Assembly (NCBI RefSeq): GCF_002087085.1
Contig: NZ_MWQY01000018.1
Span: forward strand, 1-64,000
DNA length: 64,000 bases
Direction of reading: 5' to 3'
Shown: piece after piece, positions 1 through 10,128 of the stretch
Layout of the letters: every line of letters starts with the position of its first letter
How positions within the stretch are numbered: position 1 is the stretch's first letter
The notes under the pieces: model-generated
Told to the model about the DNA's origin: nothing
The model's input: only the letters and a program-made list of their open reading frames with translations
Databases searched by the model: none
Position numbers and translations under genes: made by a program

Positions 1-1
1 C

Positions 2-115
2 TTTTTCTCACGGACTGCCCGGCTCTCTGTCAGTGACAGGCTGATCTGGCTTAAGAGGATCAGTACTCCGTTAAAACAGGCGGCGGACTACCTTCCGGCC
101 TATGCATGGGCCTGA
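2..115 (+). CDS. Probable 3' end of a gene running in from the left edge, product unknown
   Basis: Frame 2 is open from the edge (FFSRTARLSVSDRLIWLKRISTPLKQAADYLPAYAWA) to TGA at 113-115; convergent with the next gene. Confidence 0.4.
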   Translation, partial: FFSRTARLSVSDRLIWLKRISTPLKQAADYLPAYAWA

Positions 116-141
116 GGTATCCCCAGGGTTCGGGACACTAG

Positions 142-630
142 CTAATACTTGTACCCAAATTTTCGTAACAACTCGCGGCGCTCCCGCTTTTCCTTCTCCC
201 CTTCGACGCCTTTGGGAGAAAATCCGTCCACTACACCGATAATTCCCCGGCCCTGACCGGTCTCGGCAGTCAGGATCTGCAGGGGGTTGGCTGTGGCCGC
301 GTAAATCCGGGCGACTTCGGGGCACTGCTTTATCTGATTCAGGACGTTGATTGGAAACGCGTTCTTAATTATCAGATAAAAACTGTGCCCCGCCGCAGTG
401 ATTCTGGCGCATTCCACAGCTTGTGCAATTAGGTCGGCATTGTTGCCTTCGCTGCGGATAAGACATGGGCCGGAAGCCTCACAGAAAGCCAGGCCGAACT
501 CGATTCCCGGTACGGACCCTGCCATGATCTCACCGAGGTCCTCCACAGTTTTAATAAAATGAGACTGGCCAACTATGATGTTGCAGCCCTCTTCCCACTC
601 AAGCTGGTGAACTTCGATCCTTGCATTCAT
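142..630 (-). CDS. Adenosine-specific kinase family protein (DUF355)
   Basis: Family motifs [41 protein letters not shown]. Confidence 0.85.
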   Translation of the reverse strand: MNARIEVHQLEWEEGCNIIVGQSHFIKTVEDLGEIMAGSVPGIEFGLAFCEASGPCLIRSEGNNADLIAQAVECARITAAGHSFYLIIKNAFPINVLNQIKQCPEVARIYAATANPLQILTAETGQGRGIIGVVDGFSPKGVEGEKEKRERRELLRKFGYKY

Positions 631-652
631 TCTTTCCGCCCCCTTCCAACTA

Positions 653-2326
653 TTACTCCACCTGCCGCAGAGCCTGACTTATATTAAGGCTGTAGTCCCC
701 GATATGTTCGAGGTGTCGCACAATATCCCGGAAAATCAGCTCTCCCTTAAGTTCAGAACGTTTCTTCTTGGCCATTTTCCGCCAGGAAATCTTGTTCAGC
801 TGGTCCCGCATTTCGTCTATGGCTTCCTCCAAGCGCAGGGCAGCCTCCAGATCGTAATCCCGGATCGACTTTCCCAGATTGTCGGCATTGAACTTAAGGA
901 AGTCCAGAACTCTTCCGGCATACTCGGCGATCTCTTCGGGACCTTTTTTATGAAGCTGAAGTTCTCCCTCTTTCAGTTTTTTTATCAACATGGCAATGCT
1001 GTAGGCGGAGTCCGAGATGCTCTCTAGTTCGTAGACCACCCTCTGCAGGGCCTGAATATTCCGCGCCTGGTAGTTGCTCAAGGAATCCCGCATGCAATCG
1101 GTAAGAAAATCCGTCAGCTCTTCCTGCATATCATCCAGATATTTTTCCAGGTCGCCCATCTCCATTTCCACCTCATCGATCCGGGAGAAATCCCTGGCTG
1201 CCAGCTGAATCTGCGACATCATTGACCAGGTCTCCCGGGCCATTCTGGCAGCTTCTGCGTGAACGCTGATCAGGTTTGATTCAACCGCATCAGGAATGTT
1301 GGAAGGAACCGCGACAAAACGGTACGCCCCGTATCCGGGCCGGATTTCGTCGTCCTTTACCATGCGTTTGACGAGTTCGGCAATCAGGGGGACAAACCAG
1401 ATCAGCAGCAGGGTATTTGCAATGTTGAAGAAGGAATGAAAAGCCGATAGGTGCAGAGGAATCATGCTGCTTTCCGAGGAGAGTCCAGGTACGAGCTTCT
1501 CGATAAAATCGACGAACGGAAAGAATATAATCAGCATCCAGGTCACGCCGACCAGGTTGAATACCATGTGTGCCCGGGCGGATCGCTTCGCTTCTGCTTT
1601 CATGGGAAGAGAGGCAAGAAATGCCGTGATGGTTGTTCCGATATTCTCGCCGAGAACAATGGCGGCGGCAATCGGAAAATCGATCCAGCCCTTGTAAGCC
1701 ATGGTAAGGGTCAGTGCCATGGCCGCCGAAGAGGACTGAAGGATTACCGTAAGCACGGCTCCTACCAGAACAAAGAGGATAATGGAAAGATACCCCAGGG
1801 AGGTAAAACGGGCAAGAAAGGCCAGGGCCTGCGGACTGCTCCCGATATCGGGGACCGACTCTTTCATCAAGTGCAGGCCCAGAAAAAGCAGTCCGAAGCC
1901 GATCAGGACCTCCGCAATTTCCCGCCGTTTTTCGGAACGGCTGAAATAGAAGGGAATGGCGATCGCCACCGCAGGAAGGGCAAAACCCGTAATTTTGACC
2001 TTGAAACCAAAGATCGAAACAATCCAGGCGGTGAGGGTGGTTCCGATATTGGCGCCCATAATCACCCCGATGGACTGTTGCAGGTTTACAAGTCCGGCAT
2101 TAACGAGGCTGACAAGAATAACCGTCGTTGCGGAAGAGGACTGAACAATACAGGTCGCCGCCAGTCCGGTAATAACCCCCATCAACCTGTTGGTCGTAAG
2201 GGTACCCAACAGGGACTTCAGCTTATCCCCGGACCGTTTGTGAATTCCATCGCTCATGGACTTCATACCGATCAGGAATATGCCGAGCCCTCCCAAAAGA
2301 TTCAGTATCTGAAAAATCGCAGACAT
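653..2326 (-). CDS. Na+/Pi cotransporter family protein with C-terminal PhoU-like domain
   Basis: Two QSSSA repeats, GANIGTT and GENIGTT, multiple TM helices, PhoU-like tail (LEHIGDY). Confidence 0.9.
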   Translation of the reverse strand: MSAIFQILNLLGGLGIFLIGMKSMSDGIHKRSGDKLKSLLGTLTTNRLMGVITGLAATCIVQSSSATTVILVSLVNAGLVNLQQSIGVIMGANIGTTLTAWIVSIFGFKVKITGFALPAVAIAIPFYFSRSEKRREIAEVLIGFGLLFLGLHLMKESVPDIGSSPQALAFLARFTSLGYLSIILFVLVGAVLTVILQSSSAAMALTLTMAYKGWIDFPIAAAIVLGENIGTTITAFLASLPMKAEAKRSARAHMVFNLVGVTWMLIIFFPFVDFIEKLVPGLSSESSMIPLHLSAFHSFFNIANTLLLIWFVPLIAELVKRMVKDDEIRPGYGAYRFVAVPSNIPDAVESNLISVHAEAARMARETWSMMSQIQLAARDFSRIDEVEMEMGDLEKYLDDMQEELTDFLTDCMRDSLSNYQARNIQALQRVVYELESISDSAYSIAMLIKKLKEGELQLHKKGPEEIAEYAGRVLDFLKFNADNLGKSIRDYDLEAALRLEEAIDEMRDQLNKISWRKMAKKKRSELKGELIFRDIVRHLEHIGDYSLNISQALRQVE

Positions 2327-2466
2327 GATTGCTCCACAGGGAAAAATGTTGGCATTAGTGCAGGATGCCTTTTATGTTTTAGCATACATTTCGGCATTTT
2401 TGGAATAGGAAGCAGGAATAGCCTTCTTCCTTCATGCCGGATAATGCTATACTTTTTTAACTGCAT

Positions 2467-3345
2467 ATGAAAACAAAAGCCCTGGTAGTATCGGCCGTGA
2501 TCCTCTGTTTCAGTGTGCTTGTAAGCGCCGAGGGAGCCCGGGAGGGTACTGGAAACTCCTCCCCAATATTACAGCGGGAAGTGCGCCTGATAATCTCCGG
2601 AAATGCAGGAAGTACCCAGGACCAGCTGATAAGAGCCGTCCTGCCTGTTCTGGAAGACAGCCTTCCCTTTCCCGTTCTGGTGGAATACGGAATCGATTCG
2701 TCCCGCTCTCCAGGGGATCGGTACAGCTGGATAGCCGGAAACATCAGCAAGCATGTAGATAAACCGTCACCGGATGTGCATGTATTTGTTGCCTTTGAGA
2801 TACCGGTTGTACTGGCCGCCTCTCCGGTATCTCCCGTGGTCAGTTTTCCGGATATTTTTCTCATCCCGCGGGATTCCTCCTTTCTTGAGTGCCCGGTAAC
2901 ACCCGGAGCCATGAGAAGAGAAAGCACTGCATCCCAGAAGCTCAGCCATATCCACTTCAGGGAAACGGAACCTGTCTCCGCCCTGAAAGCTGCAATCGAA
3001 GCACGGGTCCCCATGATGGCCGCCCTATCGGTGGAGCTGACCGAAGTTCTTCGAACCGGAAAGCTGAAGGCCCTCGCGACCTTCTCCTCCTCTCCCTTGC
3101 GGATAGAAGGCTACGGAACGGTCCCTCCCGTGGCTTACTGGGAGAAAGGCTATTCGCCGAAACCGGACTATTTTGGTATATTATTACCCGATACTGTGTC
3201 GCCGGAAATTCTGGAGATGCTTACAGAAATCTGGATGAAGGATATCGGTGGTTCCGGGGACTTACGGGCCTACGCCGCTGAAAGAGGTCTCATTTTCAAT
3301 CCCGTGGTAAACCCTGGAGAGACCGGCACGCCTTCCCCGCGGTAA
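2467..3345 (+). CDS. Exported protein, divergent TctC/Bug-like tripartite tricarboxylate transporter substrate-binding protein
   Basis: Signal peptide; C-terminal GKLKALATFS..VPPV..YFGILLP..PEIL resembles TctC. Confidence 0.55.
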   Translation: MKTKALVVSAVILCFSVLVSAEGAREGTGNSSPILQREVRLIISGNAGSTQDQLIRAVLPVLEDSLPFPVLVEYGIDSSRSPGDRYSWIAGNISKHVDKPSPDVHVFVAFEIPVVLAASPVSPVVSFPDIFLIPRDSSFLECPVTPGAMRRESTASQKLSHIHFRETEPVSALKAAIEARVPMMAALSVELTEVLRTGKLKALATFSSSPLRIEGYGTVPPVAYWEKGYSPKPDYFGILLPDTVSPEILEMLTEIWMKDIGGSGDLRAYAAERGLIFNPVVNPGETGTPSPR

Positions 3346-3373
3346 TGATTTTATTTAGGAGAAAAGAACGCCG

Positions 3374-3688
3374 ATGGACCGGCACTACGATGAATTTTCA
3401 CGTTTTTTCAAAGCCCTGGGAGATCCCAGCCGGCTCCAGCTGGTGCATATTCTGCTCCAGTCTGAAGGCAGCCTCAGCGTCAGCGCCCTGGGGGAGCAGG
3501 TCAGCATAGGCCAGTCGACCGTAAGTCAGCACCTGCGGATACTGAAGGACGCCGGAGTCATCCGGGCGGAGCGCCGCGGGGCATCGATCTTTTATCAGGT
3601 AGATCGGCCCCGTCTGCGCGAAATGGGACACCGGTTCCAGGCCCTATTCGGTTCACTCCTCTTCGAAGGGGAGGCTACTCCATTTTAA
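3374..3688 (+). CDS. ArsR/SmtB family transcriptional regulator
   Basis: FKALGDPSRLQL, QSTVSQHLRILKDAG; SD AGGAG upstream. Confidence 0.9.
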   Translation: MDRHYDEFSRFFKALGDPSRLQLVHILLQSEGSLSVSALGEQVSIGQSTVSQHLRILKDAGVIRAERRGASIFYQVDRPRLREMGHRFQALFGSLLFEGEATPF

Positions 3689-6125
3689 GGGGATAGCCCG
3701 CCTTCTCTGTTGCCGTGATAAGCTGTTTCTGGGCCTGTTCGAGAAAATCCCCGCTCAGGGTCTTTTCCGGATCAAAAAAGGTCGCCCGTACGGTAATCGC
3801 CCGACGGCCCGCTCCCATATCAAAGACATCAGCCACCGAACAACCGCTGAGTTCCTTAATCCCGGCCTTTTCCGCGGCACGCAGAATGTCCGCGGCCCGG
3901 TCATCCGGTCCGGCTATGACGGTAAAGTCGAACACAGAATGGGGAAAGCGGGGAAGGGGTTTGTAGACCGTCTTGTCGGGCCGTGAATCCTCCTCGAACA
4001 GAGAAAGGTCCAGCACGATCAGAGTGCAGTAGCCCTTAGCCTTGAATTCCCGCATGGTAAGAGGGTGCACCGTGGTAATCATCCCCGCGGGTTTCCCCTT
4101 TATATGGATATCCAGGCTCTCAAAAGGGTGAATCCCCTGCCAGTCCCGGGGTATCGCCGGATTGGGAAGTTTGTTTCCCTTTCCGCTCTTTTCTTCCTTC
4201 AGCTCCACCAGCCGGCCGGGGAGCCTCAGGTAGTTCATCAGGCGATCGGCGGTATTGGCGGCATCCATAAAGCGGGATACCTGACGGTCGTAGAATGCCG
4301 CCGCAAAGAGGTTCCGTTCCCGGGAGAAACCCTCATCATCTGAGGAATAGCCCCGGCCTATCTCGAACATGGCGAAACGGTTGTAGTGCCTGCTGTTGTC
4401 TGCGGCGGCTTCCAGAAAGCCCGGAACCAGGCTGGGGCGCATGCGGCCCATTTCCTTGCTCAGGGCATTGGCGAGCTGCAGATTCTCATTCTTCTCAGGC
4501 CATCCGACCTTCTCCAGCAGGGCTTCTCCGATCAGGGGATAGGTAATGACCTCATGGGCGTTCCCGTGGAGCACCATGAAGTCCTGAATCGAACGTTCCA
4601 GACGTTTCGGATTCGGCAGGCGCACAGCCTCTATCTTCCATTTCGGCGGCTGGGCGGGAATGGCGTTGTAACCGTACATTCGGCCGATCTCTTCTATCAG
4701 ATCCGCATCGCACTCCACATCCTTCGTTGCCCGGAAGCTGGGAACGCTGACTGAGAAGCCTTCCGCTGTTCCGCTGACACCGAAGTCCAGGGCCTCCAGG
4801 ATCTCCTGTACCCGGGACTTCTCCAGGGTACAGCCCAGCAGTGACTCAATCTTGCTGTGCTTGAGATCGATCACAGGCGTCTGTATTTCCGAAAGATCGA
4901 TCCCATCGTATTCCAGCTTTCCCTCCACCTCGGCGCCGGGATTAAGTTCCAGCAGAAGTTCGAGAATTCGCAGGGCTGTTGGCTCCAGCATCATCGGATC
5001 CAGACTCTTTTCGTAGCGAAGGGAGGAATCGGTCCTGAGGCCGATTCGGGTGGAACTCTTCCGTATTCCCGCATCCACAAAGTTGGCCACCTCGACGAAG
5101 ACTTCGGTGGTATTCTCCGTGACTCCGCTGTTCAAGCCCCCCATGATGCCGGCGATAACCAGAGGCTTCACCCCGTCGGCAATCACAGTGTCCTCCGCCT
5201 CGAGACGGCGGGTCTGCTCGTCCAGGGTGATAAACTCCTCCTCCCTGCCGACTTGTCGCACAATAATGCTGCCTTTCTCTATGCTCTTTTTGTCGAAGAT
5301 ATGGTTCGGCTGTCCCATCTCCAGCATTACATAGTTCGAAATATCGACGATACTGTTGATGGGGCGCAGGCCGCAGTCCAGCAGCCGCTTCTGCATCCAT
5401 TGGGGACTCTCTCCCACGGTGACCCCTTTTACGGTGTATCCATAGTAGGCCCTGCAGTAGGAGTCGGGATGTACAGTAACGCTGACCGGGGATTTTCCTG
5501 TTCCGAAGCGGGAGAGCATCTCCCTGCGCCATTCAGGATTAAAGGGACGCTTGAGGGGTACCTGAAAAGCTGCGGCAAACTCCCGTGCCATTCCGTAGTG
5601 ACCCCATAGGTCCGGACGGTGGGTTATGGACTTGTTGTCGATATCAAGTACCACCGTTGGCGTTGAATCCAGGTATTCTGCCATGGTCATGCCGATTACC
5701 GCCCCGCCGTCGAGTTCCATCAGTCCTTCATGGCTGTCCGAGAGTCCCAGCTCGTCCTCGGCGCAGAGCATTCCCTCCGAAAGGATCCCCCGGATCTTCT
5801 TGGGCTCCAGGGTAAACCCCAGGGGCAGGGTCGTGCCGACGGGCGCATAGGGGACCTTCATGCCGATGGCGCAGTTGGGCGCACCGCATACAACCCGACC
5901 CCTGCCTGCGGCGCCCGCATCGAAGGATACCAGCTGGAGCTTGTCCGCGTCGGGGTGGGGTTCGATACCGGTAATCGTCGCCACATAGGTTTCTTCCAGA
6001 ACCTTGCCGCTTTCAAGAACCTCCTCAACCTCGCAGGTACTGAGGGTAAAGCGCTCGGCAAGATCGTGAGAACTCATCGCCGGCAGTTCTACATAATCAT
6101 GAATCCAGTCCATGGAAATCTTCAC
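3675..6125 (-). CDS. pheT: Phenylalanine--tRNA ligase beta subunit
   Basis: HPDADKL and VVCGAPN (OB domain), THRPDL, RPINSIVDISNYVM, DLIEEIGRMYGY, C-terminal anticodon-binding domain. Confidence 0.97.
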   Translation of the reverse strand: MKISMDWIHDYVELPAMSSHDLAERFTLSTCEVEEVLESGKVLEETYVATITGIEPHPDADKLQLVSFDAGAAGRGRVVCGAPNCAIGMKVPYAPVGTTLPLGFTLEPKKIRGILSEGMLCAEDELGLSDSHEGLMELDGGAVIGMTMAEYLDSTPTVVLDIDNKSITHRPDLWGHYGMAREFAAAFQVPLKRPFNPEWRREMLSRFGTGKSPVSVTVHPDSYCRAYYGYTVKGVTVGESPQWMQKRLLDCGLRPINSIVDISNYVMLEMGQPNHIFDKKSIEKGSIIVRQVGREEEFITLDEQTRRLEAEDTVIADGVKPLVIAGIMGGLNSGVTENTTEVFVEVANFVDAGIRKSSTRIGLRTDSSLRYEKSLDPMMLEPTALRILELLLELNPGAEVEGKLEYDGIDLSEIQTPVIDLKHSKIESLLGCTLEKSRVQEILEALDFGVSGTAEGFSVSVPSFRATKDVECDADLIEEIGRMYGYNAIPAQPPKWKIEAVRLPNPKRLERSIQDFMVLHGNAHEVITYPLIGEALLEKVGWPEKNENLQLANALSKEMGRMRPSLVPGFLEAAADNSRHYNRFAMFEIGRGYSSDDEGFSRERNLFAAAFYDRQVSRFMDAANTADRLMNYLRLPGRLVELKEEKSGKGNKLPNPAIPRDWQGIHPFESLDIHIKGKPAGMITTVHPLTMREFKAKGYCTLIVLDLSLFEEDSRPDKTVYKPLPRFPHSVFDFTVIAGPDDRAADILRAAEKAGIKELSGCSVADVFDMGAGRRAITVRATFFDPEKTLSGDFLEQAQKQLITATEKAGYPLKME

Positions 6126-6135
6126 AGCAGTCCTC

Positions 6136-7179
6136 CTAGTAAGCCTTGAACTGGGAGACGAAGCGCAGGTCCCCAGAACGCAGATGGCGAATGTTGTCGA
6201 TGCCGTAGCGCATCATAACCAGACGGTCCCAGCCCATTCCGAAGGCGAAACCGGAGTAAAGATCCGGATCGATGTTGCCGTAGCGCAGCACCCGGGGATG
6301 CACCATACCGCAGCCCAGGGCCTCGACCCATCCAACCTGCTTGCAGACAGAGCAGCCCTTGCCGCCGCAGAGCAGACACTTGTAATCCAGCTCAAAGCCG
6401 GGCTCAACAAAGGGAAAGTACCCGGGACGCAGCCGCACCTCGAGTTCTTTATGGAAAATCTCCGAGAGCAGAGTCTTGAGAAAATGGACCAGGTGAGCTA
6501 CCGAGACCCCTTCTCCAACCATCATCCCCTCTATCTGCCGGAAGGCCGCCTCGTGGGAGGCGTCGATGGCCTCGTTCCGAAAGACCTCCCCGGGACCGAC
6601 AAACTTGAAAGGTGGCCGGTGTTTTTCCATTCCCCGCACCTGGATCGGAGAGGTATGGGTCCTCAGCAGGTGGTGCATATCGGAAAACCAGAAGGTGTCC
6701 TGCATATCCCGGGCGGGATGATTGGCGGGAATATTCAGGGCCTCGAAGTTATAGTAGTCGCTTTCGATGTGGGGACCGTCGAGTATATCGAATCCCATGG
6801 AGATAAAGATGTCCTCCACTTCCCGCCCGATGGCGGTGAGAGGGTGGTATCCGGCGCTGCCGAGGCCCCGGTCGCGGAGGGAATCCAGCAGCGAAATGTC
6901 CTGCCGTTCCGATGCCAGCCTGCGGTCGATCTCTTCCCGTTCGATCCGGACAGCGGCCTCATCAATTTCCGAAAGGATCTTCTGCTTAAGTTCGTTGGAA
7001 AGGGGACCCAGGGTTTTCCGCTCTTCCGGGGTCGCATCCTTGAGGCTTTTCAGAATCTCGTTGAGCCTGCCCTTTTTGCCAAGGTACTCCGCTTTGATGG
7101 TGGCCACCTCGGCACCGGTAGAGACAGCGCCGATTTCGCGGGAAAACTCGGCGTACAGACTTTCTAAGCGTTCCTCCAT
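6136..7179 (-). CDS. pheS: Phenylalanine--tRNA ligase alpha subunit
   Basis: HPARDMQDTF, LRTHTSP, YFPFVEP, GFAFGMG; SD AAGGAG. Confidence 0.98.
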   Translation of the reverse strand: MEERLESLYAEFSREIGAVSTGAEVATIKAEYLGKKGRLNEILKSLKDATPEERKTLGPLSNELKQKILSEIDEAAVRIEREEIDRRLASERQDISLLDSLRDRGLGSAGYHPLTAIGREVEDIFISMGFDILDGPHIESDYYNFEALNIPANHPARDMQDTFWFSDMHHLLRTHTSPIQVRGMEKHRPPFKFVGPGEVFRNEAIDASHEAAFRQIEGMMVGEGVSVAHLVHFLKTLLSEIFHKELEVRLRPGYFPFVEPGFELDYKCLLCGGKGCSVCKQVGWVEALGCGMVHPRVLRYGNIDPDLYSGFAFGMGWDRLVMMRYGIDNIRHLRSGDLRFVSQFKAY

Positions 7180-7194
7180 GGAATAACTCCTTTT

Positions 7195-7238
7195 AAAAAC
7201 AAAAAAGCGGGTCCCTCCTCTTTCAAGGAGAAACCCGC
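7195..7238 (-). terminator. Attenuator terminator upstream of pheS
   Basis: Minus strand GCGGGTTTCTCCT-TGAAAG-AGGAGGGACCCGC followed by TTTTTTGTTTTT. Confidence 0.9.
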
Positions 7239-7263
7239 CGCATTTACGCTGATCACACCACGA

Positions 7264-7341
7264 TCATGGCAGCCCGGGTCCCTCCTGGGTGCTAAAAAAG
7301 AAAAAAAAGAAGGAAAAAAATATGCCCTGCATACCTGTCAT
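7264..7341 (-). CDS. pheM: pheST operon leader peptide MTGMQGIFFSFFFFFFSTQEGPGLP (25 aa; alternative start 7332)
   Basis: Hand translation: 8 Phe codons within 9 consecutive codons; lies between the promoter and a terminator directly upstream of pheS. Confidence 0.9.
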   Translation of the reverse strand: MTGMQGIFFSFFFFFFSTQEGPGLP

Positions 7342-7350
7342 GGTGGCTTT

Positions 7351-7378
7351 ATTATAGCGACGAGGACGATACTGTCAA
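7351..7378 (-). promoter_or_regulatory. Sigma70 promoter of pheMST
   Basis: Perfect hexamers TTGACA (7378-7373), 16-nt spacer, TATAAT (7356-7351). Confidence 0.85.
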
Positions 7379-7404
7379 GGCGCAGATAGAGCTCACTGGA
7401 TTAG

Positions 7405-7523
7405 CGCTACAAGGAGAGGAGGTCCTTCACTAGGTGAACAACGTTACGGACCTCCTCTCCAGTAGCGGCATAATTTGTGCCATCTCTCCGTGCGGACAGT
7501 TTCGTCCTCGCACTTGATGGCGC
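7405..7523. other. Two long intergenic stem-loops; candidate structured RNA or palindromic element
   Basis: GGAGAGGAGGTCC (7413-7425) / GGACCTCCTCTCC (7448-7460) perfect 13-bp stem with nested TTCAC-TAG-GTGAA; second stem GTGCCATC/GATGGCGC plus GTGCG/CGCAC. Confidence 0.45.
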
Positions 7524-7573
7524 CTATGGTTCGGGGTGGACAGTACGGCCTCCGTGGGCGTAATAATAGTACC

Positions 7574-8911
7574 ATGGCGAACAAAAAGAATACGTATTGC
7601 CTGGTCCTCGGCGGAGGCGGCGGCCGGGGTGCCTATGAAATCGGGGTCTGGCGGGCCCTGCGGGAACTGGGCATTGGTTTTCACGCTGTAGCGGGGACCT
7701 CTGTCGGGGCCCTGAATGCCGCCTTCGTTGCCCAGAACGATTACGAAGGAGCCATGGAGCTTTTCTCCTTTGCCACCATCAGGGACATTGCGGACGTTCC
7801 GGAGAAATTTCTCAAGGACGGCAGGATCAATCGTGATCTGAACAATCTTCGTCGTCTCAGCAGTTATGTTCTGTCCCGACGGGGACTTGATACATCCCCC
7901 ATGAAAAAGCTCATTAATCACTATCTCCGGGAAGAGACGATCAGAAAGTCCGGGATCGATTTTGGCCTTGTTACCTTCGATCTGTCACAATTCAGACCCC
8001 GGCATCTCTTTCTCGAAGACATACCGGACGGTCAGCTGGCTGACTATCTCCTTGCCAGCGCTTCCTACCCCCTGTTCCGCAGTCCCGTTATTGACCAGTC
8101 AAAACTGACCGACGGTGGCGTAGCCGACAATATGCCCTACAACATGATGAAGGAACGGGGTTACCGGCGCATCATTACTGTCAACCTGTCCGGAGTGGGA
8201 CGTACCAGGCGTCCCCAGACGGAAAACACCCAGACCGTATACCTGAAAAACTCCCAGCCCCTGGAGGGAGCCCTGGAAATCTGTCCGGAAAATTCCCGCA
8301 GGGCAATGGATCTTGGATACCTGGATACGCTGCAGAGCTTCGAGGAGATAGACGGCATACGCTACTTTATTCAGAACGACCTGCCTCTCTTCCGCTCCCT
8401 GGAGGAGCATTTCTTTAACGAGAGGAACCTCCCCTTGATGCGATCCGCTGCCAAAGGGCTGATAAAAACGGAAAAAGGCGCCCCGTCGAAACCTGAACAC
8501 CTGGTGCGGAAGCTCCTGCCCAGGGACCTGGCAAAATACCGCTTCCCGGTGATTCCTGCCATCGAATGTACCGCCATCTGTCTGGGAATTCCCCGGGAAC
8601 CCCTCTATTCCCTGCCTGAACTTATCCGGCTTATCAGGGAAGAGGAACAGAAGCTCGGTAGCATCGAACCCTTTACTGAACAGGAGAATTTTCCGGGACT
8701 TGTCCGGCGTCTGCGCGGTGAACTTGATTCCCTGAAAACCGCAGGGCTTCTGCAACTGCCCCCCGCACGTTACGTAACGGCTCTTCGAACAGTTACAGGC
8801 ATGAGCGACGGGAACTTCGCCGTGCGAATGCTGCACCCCCTGTTCCCGGAGCTTCCCGTCGCGAATCTGATGCTCCGTATTATCCAAAGCAGTACCGGTT
8901 TTTTCTATTGA
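7574..8911 (+). CDS. Patatin-like phospholipase
   Basis: GGGGRG, GTSVG nucleophile motif, DGG; start moved to ATG 7574, where the domain begins. Confidence 0.9.
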   Translation: MANKKNTYCLVLGGGGGRGAYEIGVWRALRELGIGFHAVAGTSVGALNAAFVAQNDYEGAMELFSFATIRDIADVPEKFLKDGRINRDLNNLRRLSSYVLSRRGLDTSPMKKLINHYLREETIRKSGIDFGLVTFDLSQFRPRHLFLEDIPDGQLADYLLASASYPLFRSPVIDQSKLTDGGVADNMPYNMMKERGYRRIITVNLSGVGRTRRPQTENTQTVYLKNSQPLEGALEICPENSRRAMDLGYLDTLQSFEEIDGIRYFIQNDLPLFRSLEEHFFNERNLPLMRSAAKGLIKTEKGAPSKPEHLVRKLLPRDLAKYRFPVIPAIECTAICLGIPREPLYSLPELIRLIREEEQKLGSIEPFTEQENFPGLVRRLRGELDSLKTAGLLQLPPARYVTALRTVTGMSDGNFAVRMLHPLFPELPVANLMLRIIQSSTGFFY

Positions 8912-8936
8912 CCTGAATGAAGGGTGACCATACAAT
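8908..8936 (+). promoter_or_regulatory. Sigma70 promoter of the nucleoside ABC operon
   Basis: TTGACC-N17-TACAAT. Confidence 0.65.
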
Positions 8937-8974
8937 CATACTACACGGAATCATAATCCTTAAGGAGAAAAGAT

Positions 8975-10060
8975 ATGAAAAAGATTTTAGTATCTGTCAT
9001 CGCCATCGCTCTTATTTTCACCCTTGTTACCTCGTGTTCCAAGAAGGAAGAAGGCGCCGCGGCAGTGGATCAGGCCATGAAAGTCGGAATGGTGACCGAC
9101 GCCGGAACAATCGACGACAAATCCTTCAATCAGGGTACCTGGGAAGGTATTCAGGCAGCCCAGGAGGACATGCCCATCGACATCAAGTACCTTAAACCCA
9201 CCGGTACTACCGAAGCGGATTATCTCAAGGAAATCGGGAACCTCTACGACGCGGGTTACAAGTTTGTTGTTACCCCGGGGTTCAAGTTTGAAACCGCCAT
9301 CTACCAGGCTCAGCAGAAATATACCGACGCGAAATTCGTCCTACTGGACGGCGTTCCCCACCCCGGCGATTACAACACGGAGGTCGGTCCCAACACGGTA
9401 TCCATCTTCTTTGCAGAGCACGAGTCAGGATTTCTCGCGGGAGTTGCCACAGCGCTGGAACTCAATGAAGGCGAGGTCGCCTTTATCGGCGGTATGGAGA
9501 TTCCCCCGGTCCAGAAATTCAACTGGGGATTCCAGCAGGGTGTTACCTACGCCAACGAAAACCTCGGAACATCCATCAGCATCAATCCGGACAATGTCGT
9601 CTACCAGGGCTCCTTCGACAATGTAGCCGCGGGACAGCAGCTGGCCGCCCAGATGTTTGAGAAAGGTGTTGACGCAATATTCTGCGCCGCCGGCGGCGTC
9701 GGCGTCGGAGCCATCAACGAAGCAAAGGCCAGGGCCAAGTCCGGTGAAAAGGTCTGGATTGTCGGCGTAGACGTAAATCAGTATACCGAAGGAATCTACG
9801 AGGGCGAGAAGTCGGTTATTCTGACCTCGGCCATGAAGCGGATTGACCAGGCGGCCTACGACATGATCAAGGCTGAAATAGACGGGAACTTCCCGGGTGG
9901 ACAGATCCTGACCCTCGACGCAACCAACAACGGAGTCGGAATCCCCGAGGAGAATCCCAACCTCTCCGCCGATACCCAGTCACAGATGGACGAAGTTTTC
10001 TCTGACCTGCAGGCTGGAAAAATAACCGTATCCGCAGAGCAGGGCTCTCTGATTAAATAA
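8975..10060 (+). CDS. BMP family nucleoside-binding lipoprotein (PnrA/TmpC/BmpA-like)
   Basis: Lipobox LVTSC, DDKSFNQ, AAGGVG, IVGVDVNQ, LTSAMK. Confidence 0.93.
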   Translation: MKKILVSVIAIALIFTLVTSCSKKEEGAAAVDQAMKVGMVTDAGTIDDKSFNQGTWEGIQAAQEDMPIDIKYLKPTGTTEADYLKEIGNLYDAGYKFVVTPGFKFETAIYQAQQKYTDAKFVLLDGVPHPGDYNTEVGPNTVSIFFAEHESGFLAGVATALELNEGEVAFIGGMEIPPVQKFNWGFQQGVTYANENLGTSISINPDNVVYQGSFDNVAAGQQLAAQMFEKGVDAIFCAAGGVGVGAINEAKARAKSGEKVWIVGVDVNQYTEGIYEGEKSVILTSAMKRIDQAAYDMIKAEIDGNFPGGQILTLDATNNGVGIPEENPNLSADTQSQMDEVFSDLQAGKITVSAEQGSLIK

Positions 10061-10071
10061 ACCGAAACCTT

Positions 10072-10110
10072 AAACAGGCGTTTCCCCCGGGAGGCGCCTG
10101 TTTTTATTTT
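10072..10110 (+). terminator. Intra-operon terminator or stabilising hairpin after the binding-protein gene
   Basis: AAACAGGCGTTTCCC-CC-GGGAGGCGCCTGTTT followed by a T-tract. Confidence 0.7.
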
Positions 10111-10128
10111 CCCGGTCCGGAGGCGCCG

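Noticed and set aside
2349..2365. TTGGCA as a possible sigma54 promoter
   Set aside because: No GC at the GG-N10-GC position.
7294..7320. Poly-A-rich tract as a simple repeat or phase-variation site
   Set aside because: Explained by the Phe codons of the leader peptide on the minus strand.
7495..7510. Minus-strand GAGGACGAAAC resembling a hammerhead ribozyme core
   Set aside because: The required CUGAnGA segment is absent.
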